Shown in pieces: positions 57,994-64,000 of a stretch of 64,000 nt of DNA (the first letter of the stretch is position 1; each line of letters begins with the position of its first letter). This stretch comes from an uncultured virus (IMG/VR IMGVR_UViG_3300021399_000104) (Duplodnaviria; Heunggongvirae; Uroviricota; Caudoviricetes). The notes under the pieces were generated by a model, which worked only from the letters and a program-made list of their open reading frames with translations, was not told the DNA's origin and ran no database searches. Both the position numbers and the translations under genes were made by a program. The stretch lies in IMG/VR virus record IMGVR_UViG_3300021399_000104; one strand, given 5' to 3'.

Positions 57994-58320
57994 TCTCTCG
58001 GTTGGGATTCGAACCCAAGACCCACAGCTTAGCTTACCACTATAGTTTTCACTACCCTATATTTTAAATATAAGTTTGTGGTCTGGACTATTTCTAAACC
58101 ATGCTATTTCTAGTTTAGGTAATCCCCGTATAGTCTCTACGCACTGCACCTATCTCTAGGGCTTGGCACGTCGTTGGCTTATTTATTTCTAAACTTAGCT
58201 TTCGTCGTTTAGGGGATTTTCTACATTCTCAGTTTCCCAAGATGCACTCCTATTTTTCGTAAGTTTTTAAGCCTACGAAAGTTTAAAGGCTGTTGCTCTA
58301 TCCAGCTGAGCTACCGAGAG
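57994..58320 (-). tRNA. tRNA-Arg(TCT) split by group I intron
   Basis: Exons 58320-58286 and 58032-57994 form a canonical cloverleaf with loop CTT^CTAA. Confidence 0.9.
58033..58285 (-). ncRNA. 253-nt group I intron without ORF in tRNA anticodon
   Basis: Follows U, ends in G, AGAGACTA and AATAGTCC P7 elements. Confidence 0.85.
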
Positions 58321-58408
58321 ATCATTTTCTATTTTTCCATATATTAGGAAAAGGAGGCTTCTAAATTTCCTTAATACAGAGTCCACAGAAAAATAAAAGA
58401 AGAGGATT

Positions 58409-58744
58409 TTACTCCTCCTCCTTCTCTTGTTGTTCTAGTCCATTCATTTCTTCTTGGACGATAGTTTTTCTGGAATCATCCATAATTAGATACAGTCCAA
58501 ACAGTGTAAATCCACAGACTATCATTATACTTATGGCCCAGAATGAAACGCTATATGAGCCAAACAGATCACACATACACATGATCGTAAAAGTCACATG
58601 TGTTATTAATCCACCAATCCAAAACTTATTAATTGGCTTGGGTAACTTTTCTTTTCCAAGACATCCAACATAGAATCTCAGAAAAAAGTACATTAACACG
58701 ACAAATCCTGTTTCTGCCGCAAGTAATCCAAAAAAGTCTTTCAT
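58409..58744 (-). CDS. Membrane protein
   Basis: Three hydrophobic segments. Confidence 0.7.
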   Translation of the reverse strand: MKDFFGLLAAETGFVVLMYFFLRFYVGCLGKEKLPKPINKFWIGGLITHVTFTIMCMCDLFGSYSVSFWAISIMIVCGFTLFGLYLIMDDSRKTIVQEEMNGLEQQEKEEE

Positions 58745-58881
58745 CTTTCTTTTGTTTTATAATTAAACATTTATTTTTCTTTCATATATAAGGAATTCAT
58801 TATATTATTAACCCAGAAAAAAAAAATAAGGGGAACTATTCTCACGAACGGTTCCTCCCTACTTTACCGGAATACTCTTCA

Positions 58882-59196
58882 TCACATATTTTTCCGATGC
58901 TTGTCAGCGATCTCCTTGAACGCCAGTTTCTTTAATATGTATGTGTCATCCTTAATAGCAAGACACATAGACTTCATCTCATCCACAAGCTCCTCTGTCT
59001 CTGGAGCTCTATTGCTTTGTAAAGATTCAAATAAAGTTCCTATCTGCTGCTCGGCCGCTATAGCCATAATCAGCAAGTTTCGGGAGTTAAAACTTCCCTT
59101 TTTGTCTGCCTGTGCTGTTTCATAGTTAACACAGGCTTGGATGTCCTTCAATTCGGACTTAAGATCCAATAACACCCTTTCTGCCATATTTCCCAT
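58882..59196 (-). CDS. Hypothetical protein with GUGA-hairpin terminator (58830-58859)
   Basis: 104 aa; promoter near 59271. Confidence 0.65.
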   Translation of the reverse strand: MGNMAERVLLDLKSELKDIQACVNYETAQADKKGSFNSRNLLIMAIAAEQQIGTLFESLQSNRAPETEELVDEMKSMCLAIKDDTYILKKLAFKEIADKHRKNM

Positions 59197-59304
59197 AATT
59201 AAAAAAATTTATGATCCCTTAGACTTTATTTCTGTCTTTAGGATCTGATTAAACAATATGATTTTATCTATCATATATAAGGCATTGAATAGTGTTCAGG
59301 AAGG

Positions 59305-59380
59305 AAAAAAAAATAAGGAGAAACTATCTATCTCAGACCATCTCTCCTACTTTTCTAACTATTATGAAAACACCTTTACT
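59305..59380 (-). ncRNA. Small RNA candidate E
   Basis: Promoter 59381-59393, GUCU-GAGAU-AGAU-AG hairpin, U-tract. Confidence 0.55.
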
Positions 59381-59419
59381 TCAAATATAAGGATTCTTTC
59401 CCTTATATGTGATACGAAG

Positions 59420-59836
59420 ATGAATAAATATTTACTAGCATTGATTTTAGATTCGATATGTAAATACTTTAATGACACCTTTGAAAACTGTTTTAGTCTT
59501 AAGGATGAACAGCATGGAGGTTGGGAAGATTTATTTGAGTCCTGGTTACAAGAAGAATGGCCAGGGATTTATGAAAGGGCTAAGGAGTTAAATCCATCAA
59601 ACCCCTCTCTCGTCTTAACCTCTCGACCAAAGTATATCAACGCAGGATCTTTAGAAACAGATCTCCTACTCTCTTGGGCTGAATGGGTTTTATTAGACAA
59701 AGAGATTTATAATTGCGTTGGAAAGGAGTTGGTCGAATTCTTAGACGAAGCTGAAGAAGGTAAAAATTATGGAAAATATGAATCGCTGGAAGAACTTAGT
59801 ACGGCAATTAAGAAATATTGGCCTGAGTTGTTTTAA
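59420..59836 (+). CDS. Hypothetical protein
   Basis: Start MNKYLL after promoter at 59399. Confidence 0.7.
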   Translation: MNKYLLALILDSICKYFNDTFENCFSLKDEQHGGWEDLFESWLQEEWPGIYERAKELNPSNPSLVLTSRPKYINAGSLETDLLLSWAEWVLLDKEIYNCVGKELVEFLDEAEEGKNYGKYESLEELSTAIKKYWPELF

Positions 59837-59910
59837 GGACAGTGGTTTTTGGATTATATTCCTTTCACTTTTATTTATCTTGTTACTAGGCATTTTAATT
59901 CAACAAACTT

Positions 59911-60204
59911 ATGAAAACAATTTATCGTTATGAGATTAATCGAGAGGTAAATGATCTTAGTTTACCACAGGATTTTAAGATTTTATCGGTAGGTGTAGTT
60001 AAAGATCCTAAAACTGATAAAGAGAAGATAAATATGTGGGCGGAGGTGGATGATTACCGTACGTCTCCAAAGGTACCTGTAAAGATAGTTATTTTTGGGA
60101 CTGGTGCTGATTTAAGCTCCCTCGAAAACTTCTCCCATCAATTTATTGGAACAGTTCAAAAGTCCAATCAATATGCTTACCACGTTTTCTTAGTGACTGA
60201 ATAA
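59911..60204 (+). CDS. Phage hypothetical protein
   Basis: MKTIYRY, WAEVD, FGTG, IGTVQ. Confidence 0.7.
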   Translation: MKTIYRYEINREVNDLSLPQDFKILSVGVVKDPKTDKEKINMWAEVDDYRTSPKVPVKIVIFGTGADLSSLENFSHQFIGTVQKSNQYAYHVFLVTE

Positions 60205-60566
60205 TGAAGGAAATTTACTTTTGTTTGGATGCCGTTTATAATAATAATGACCTAGTAATAGAGAAAAGACGTTCTGGAGCTTATATTGGAAACTCTTATG
60301 AACAGGTCCTTTATGCTCTTGCTACCAATCAAAGCATCATAATCACTACTAATACAAGCTTTCTGAAATTTATGGAAGGCTATAATATCTACCTAGTCTA
60401 TCAGAAAGTCGCTATTAGAATTAAACCTGGCATGAAACTGGATGATGGAACAGTGCTAAAGGAATCTGATAACCTCCTAGAACTGTTTATGGAAGGAAAA
60501 TTTCATAAGAGTCTTGGTTTTTCTATGCCTAACTTTAAAGGAAACAATGAAACTGATAAACCTTAA
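60204..60566 (+). CDS. Hypothetical protein
   Basis: 120 aa. Confidence 0.7.
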   Translation: MKEIYFCLDAVYNNNDLVIEKRRSGAYIGNSYEQVLYALATNQSIIITTNTSFLKFMEGYNIYLVYQKVAIRIKPGMKLDDGTVLKESDNLLELFMEGKFHKSLGFSMPNFKGNNETDKP

Positions 60567-60867
60567 GCTATACAAGAAAATAGTTAAGGATATAGTTGTG
60601 AAAGCGCCAGAGTTGAAGAAAGTTGAATTCTTCCAGGCCTTTAGTTGCTTCCTTTATATATCTAATGACGACTCTTATGAAGATAATTCAATAAGTTTTC
60701 CCCAATCCTATTCTTCTAAGTCTGCTCGGTGGTTTTATTATAAATTTTCAAAGAGGGAAATGAGACTCGCTTTTAGTAAGGACTGTTATAGTTTGATGAT
60801 TGCTGACTTTAAATTACGTCCATTAAAACTAAAAACAGTCGAATATTTTTTGTATGAAACTAGTTGA
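60547..60867 (+). CDS. Array paralogue
   Basis: MKLINLKLYKKI. Confidence 0.65.
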   Translation: MKLINLKLYKKIVKDIVVKAPELKKVEFFQAFSCFLYISNDDSYEDNSISFPQSYSSKSARWFYYKFSKREMRLAFSKDCYSLMIADFKLRPLKLKTVEYFLYETS

Positions 60868-61147
60868 TCTTAAGAATTTTCGAAGGTTAACAGGTAATCA
60901 AGAGAAAGAGCTAAAAGCATACGACTTCTTTCAGACTTTTATTGATGCTTCCTATTGTTTTCGCATTGGGTCTTCCTATTATTTTAATTATCCCACTAAT
61001 AGATATATTGTGTCCACTCAATGGATTTATAGAGTGAGAAAAGAGTGGGATATTGTGGATGTTTTCTTATGCAAAAATTATACTAGCGTAGAAGTGATGG
61101 GAACTTTTTCTCTTAAACCTTTTCGATTACATGAAATTAAGAGATAA
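60854..61147 (+). CDS. Array paralogue
   Basis: MKLVDLKNFRRL. Confidence 0.65.
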   Translation: MKLVDLKNFRRLTGNQEKELKAYDFFQTFIDASYCFRIGSSYYFNYPTNRYIVSTQWIYRVRKEWDIVDVFLCKNYTSVEVMGTFSLKPFRLHEIKR

Positions 61148-61535
61148 AACCTTAGTAGATATCATTAAAGACACACTGAAAAAAGAAAAAATCGAGAGTA
61201 GAGAAGCTATAGTAGCATTTATACGATGTTATTATAGATGTTTTTCTCGACACATTAGAGGGATTTATAAGACAACACAAACAGAAATAATACCGGGAGA
61301 GCATGGAACTGTGGTAGGAATTTCTGAAGAGAGGAGTGTCACATTATATTATTACCCATCTGTTCAATATATCTGTGCTTTTGCTATAGGAGTGACTAAA
61401 GATAAAATCAGAATAAAAAGATATAGTTACAATGAAGCAAGCAACGATAAAGGCTATATACAAACCATTGATCGAGGTTATAAACGAAACTTTTCCGAAA
61501 CAGAGTGTAATAAACGGAAAGGTTCTAATAACTAA
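61131..61535 (+). CDS. Array paralogue
   Basis: MKLRDKTLVDII. Confidence 0.6.
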   Translation: MKLRDKTLVDIIKDTLKKEKIESREAIVAFIRCYYRCFSRHIRGIYKTTQTEIIPGEHGTVVGISEERSVTLYYYPSVQYICAFAIGVTKDKIRIKRYSYNEASNDKGYIQTIDRGYKRNFSETECNKRKGSNN

Positions 61536-61794
61536 AGAACTAAAGCTTGAGGTGTTTAGATGCATTTGTGGCTATTTGTATCATAAAAGGGTTCGTAGCA
61601 CATTCTTTGGTAAGTTTGGTATTAGAATACTTAACTGTAATCCATATGTTAGAAATTACATAGAGGTTAGAATTGATGAACTGGATGACTTCTGTGTTAG
61701 AATTACTATGGACCTATATGGAAAGATTTACGATTGGGAAAGAAATGAAAATCTCCGACTTAGTAAAACTGAAAGAGATAGCAGATCAGTTTAG
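61432..61794 (+). CDS. Array paralogue
   Basis: MKQATIKAIYKPL. Confidence 0.6.
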   Translation: MKQATIKAIYKPLIEVINETFPKQSVINGKVLITKELKLEVFRCICGYLYHKRVRSTFFGKFGIRILNCNPYVRNYIEVRIDELDDFCVRITMDLYGKIYDWERNENLRLSKTERDSRSV

Positions 61795-62053
61795 TGTTGG
61801 TAAGATATTTGATTTTAACGTGGAGAAAGTAGAAATAAATGAAGAGATAAGGCTAGAATTAGTTAGATCTCTCATGACTTTCTGGGATTTTACAAGGCCT
61901 AAACTTAATAAATTAGTGTGGAGACGGGTAAGACGACCAAACAACAGAGCTACTTACTTTATAGCTTTCATCTCCACCAACGTTTTTATTAACCTAGTAA
62001 GAATCAATCTTTATAACGGAAGGATTGTTAACTTTGAAATACGCAGATCTTAA
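61745..62053 (+). CDS. Array paralogue
   Basis: MKISDLVKLKEIA. Confidence 0.65.
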   Translation: MKISDLVKLKEIADQFSVGKIFDFNVEKVEINEEIRLELVRSLMTFWDFTRPKLNKLVWRRVRRPNNRATYFIAFISTNVFINLVRINLYNGRIVNFEIRRS

Positions 62054-62423
62054 GTTGACAAAGAGATTAGCAACAGCATTAACCCTCTATTTCTATCCAG
62101 GTAAAAGTCTTATATCAGAAACTTATTACCCTTATTCAACTACATTTATTAAAACCAACTATATCGTTAAACAAGAAGATGTTAAAAAAGCACGTTGGGG
62201 ATTACTTTATACTTGGTTAGTGTGGAAACAGGATAGAAGAGATTTTCATATTTCATATCATAAACTTCCTAACGAGAATATACACTGGGTGATTCAATAT
62301 TATAAAGAAAACGGTCAGATAGATTTTCTTTTTTACCCACCTTATGAACCAACGAAGCCTTATCTTATATATAGCTTAGTTAATAATAGGATAACAACAC
62401 TAATACAGCCATTAAACTATTAG
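62034..62423 (+). CDS. Array paralogue (TTG start)
   Basis: LKYADLKLTKRLA...DFLFYPP. Confidence 0.65.
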   Translation: MKYADLKLTKRLATALTLYFYPGKSLISETYYPYSTTFIKTNYIVKQEDVKKARWGLLYTWLVWKQDRRDFHISYHKLPNENIHWVIQYYKENGQIDFLFYPPYEPTKPYLIYSLVNNRITTLIQPLNY

Positions 62424-62812
62424 ATATAAGACTGACAAAGAGAGTAGCAATAGAATTAACTCCCTATTTCTATCCTGGTAAAAATGTTGTGTCGCATGTG
62501 GAGGAATTTTATCTTTATACAACAACATTTATTAAAGCCAATTATACTGTTAAACAAGGAGATCTCGGAAAAGCACTTTGGGGTTTATTGTATTCTTGGC
62601 TAGTGTGGAAACAAGATAGAGATGCTTTAGTTACTTATCATAAACCTCCTAATAATGTAGCTGAGAATATATATTGGTTGGTTCAGTATCATCAAAACGG
62701 CCAGATAGATTTTCTTTTTTATCCGCCTATAGATGATAATAAACCTGGACAAAGGCCTTATTTACGATTTCATCTAGATAATAATAAAATAACAACAACA
62801 AAACTAGAATGA
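62411..62812 (+). CDS. Array paralogue (ATT at homologous start)
   Basis: IKLLDIRLTKRVA in frame with 62489 ORF. Confidence 0.6.
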   Translation: MKLLDIRLTKRVAIELTPYFYPGKNVVSHVEEFYLYTTTFIKANYTVKQGDLGKALWGLLYSWLVWKQDRDALVTYHKPPNNVAENIYWLVQYHQNGQIDFLFYPPIDDNKPGQRPYLRFHLDNNKITTTKLE

Positions 62813-63210
62813 AACTACTAGATATGAGAGTGACAAAGGAGATAGCCAATGCATTAACTCCATATTTCTCCACTGGTAAAAGTGTTGTGTCAGAAGTAAT
62901 TCAACGTTTTACTTTTGCACATGTTAAAGTCAATTATACCGTTAAGCAGGGAGATCTTGAAAAAGCACTTTGGGGATTTTTAATTACGTGGCTAAAGTGG
63001 AATCAGAGTAGGAAAGAGGTTTATATTTTACCTTTCGACTACCCTAATAGAGCCAGGAATATGTGTTGGGTGATTAAATATTATAGAGGAAAAAGTCTGG
63101 TAGATTTTATTTTTTATTCGCCTGTAGATGAAACCAGGAAAAATCCTTATTTACGATTACGACTCAGTTTATATAAAAATAAAATAATAGCAACACGACT
63201 AGAAGAATGA
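62809..63210 (+). CDS. Array paralogue
   Basis: MKLLDMRVTKEIA. Confidence 0.7.
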   Translation: MKLLDMRVTKEIANALTPYFSTGKSVVSEVIQRFTFAHVKVNYTVKQGDLEKALWGFLITWLKWNQSRKEVYILPFDYPNRARNMCWVIKYYRGKSLVDFIFYSPVDETRKNPYLRLRLSLYKNKIIATRLEE

Positions 63211-63647
63211 AACAGCTAGATATGAGACTAATAAAAGAAATAGCTAATGCATTAATTCCCTATTTCTCCCCAGGTAACACTTTAACTCTATACTTTACTA
63301 ATAGTCTAGTGAAACCAATCGAGATGAATTATGTGTTAGGGGAAGGTGATTTTGAGAATGCGATGATTGGATTTAATATCATTTGTGGTTACGAATTAAG
63401 GCGATGGACTATAGGTGTGGATGGAATGATGGGATATCCTTTTTCTAATTTAGCGTGGGAGTCATGTAGAGAGTCTAGAAATGAGATAGACTTCTTCTTT
63501 CGCCCACCAAAAGATGATATAAACTTCGGGCCACAATATCTCAGGTTTACTGTAAAAGATTATCATCTGGAAAGTGTTGATGTTGTAAAAAATCCAGGTT
63601 ATCATTATGAAATTAATAGAACTGAGGAAAGCAAAACACCTAGCTAA
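63207..63647 (+). CDS. Array paralogue
   Basis: MKQLDMRLIKEIA. Confidence 0.7.
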   Translation: MKQLDMRLIKEIANALIPYFSPGNTLTLYFTNSLVKPIEMNYVLGEGDFENAMIGFNIICGYELRRWTIGVDGMMGYPFSNLAWESCRESRNEIDFFFRPPKDDINFGPQYLRFTVKDYHLESVDVVKNPGYHYEINRTEESKTPS

Positions 63648-64000
63648 AGAATTAATTCATTATTATCCACCAGGGCATCAACTAAAATATACTCTCTCAG
63701 CCCAACCCTCTGCTATCAATCCTATCAATTTTCCTCGAGCTCTTTTATGTTTTTTATTAACGGAGATGTCTATAAAGAATAACAAACCACAAACTTTAAA
63801 ACATGATGCCGTTGGATCTTGTAGAATAAAAAACATATTGTGGGTGGGGGTTTATAGAAAAGCGAAGGAGGATTTTGAGTACACATTTTACCCACCAAGA
63901 AATCAAGAGGAATATTCTGCTCCTTATATTGAAGTAACTATTGGGAAAGATGAGAAGATTATTATTAAAAAAGCCTCATTAAATTGTTCCCACACTAATT
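63607..64000 (+). CDS. Array paralogue, runs off window edge
   Basis: MKLIELRKAKHLA...YTFYPP. Confidence 0.65.
   Translation, partial: MKLIELRKAKHLAKELIHYYPPGHQLKYTLSAQPSAINPINFPRALLCFLLTEMSIKNNKPQTLKHDAVGSCRIKNILWVGVYRKAKEDFEYTFYPPRNQEEYSAPYIEVTIGKDEKIIIKKASLNCSHTN

Larger units (their letters stand above)
60547..64000 (+). repeat. Second tandem array, at least 10 MK(L)-type paralogues
   Basis: Shared N-terminal motif; last five clearly alignable. Confidence 0.8.

Noticed and set aside
59258..59419. N-terminal extension of ORF 59258..59836
   Set aside because: It crosses promoters, an A-tract and the sRNA hairpin; 59420 is the better start
1..64000. Stop-codon reassignment as in Lak or some crAss-like phages
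   Set aside because: Conserved genes are full length in the standard code, and TAG ends genes cleanly at 39573 and 43277
1..64000. CRISPR array
   Set aside because: No run of three or more regularly spaced repeats and no cas genes

Overview
This 64-kb AT-rich window looks like part of a large dsDNA phage genome read in the standard code, probably infecting a Bacteroidota host (inferred from lipobox and AxA-Q signal peptides and A-rich translation starts without Shine-Dalgarno sites). Layout: (1) 1-16 kb, a minus-strand run of mosaic accessory ORFs, interrupted by an intact IS607 element (tnpA + tnpB); (2) 16-18 kb, exported proteins, a structured non-coding stretch and a tRNA-like RNA; (3) 18.4-24.2 kb and 60.5-64 kb, two tandem arrays totalling 28 small diverged MK(L)xxx(K/R)xA paralogues; (4) 24-36.8 kb, phosphatase, TerD-domain protein, AAA+/M41 protease, AAA ATPase and ClpP; (5) 36.8-52 kb, a probable origin, SF2 helicase, type II topoisomerase whose B subunit is split by an HNH-encoding group I intron, SSB, 5'-3' exonuclease and a fused Mre11-Rad50 protein; (6) 55-59.4 kb, an RNA-rich island with a type III hammerhead ribozyme, a ~650-nt ornate ncRNA candidate, a stand-alone TnpB omega-RNA mini-element with a different guide, an intron-containing tRNA-Arg(TCT) and promoter-driven small RNAs sharing a 3' hairpin. 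A TTCCTTATAwrTGA motif marks most transcription-unit starts. All calls come from reading motifs by eye; no database search or folding was run.
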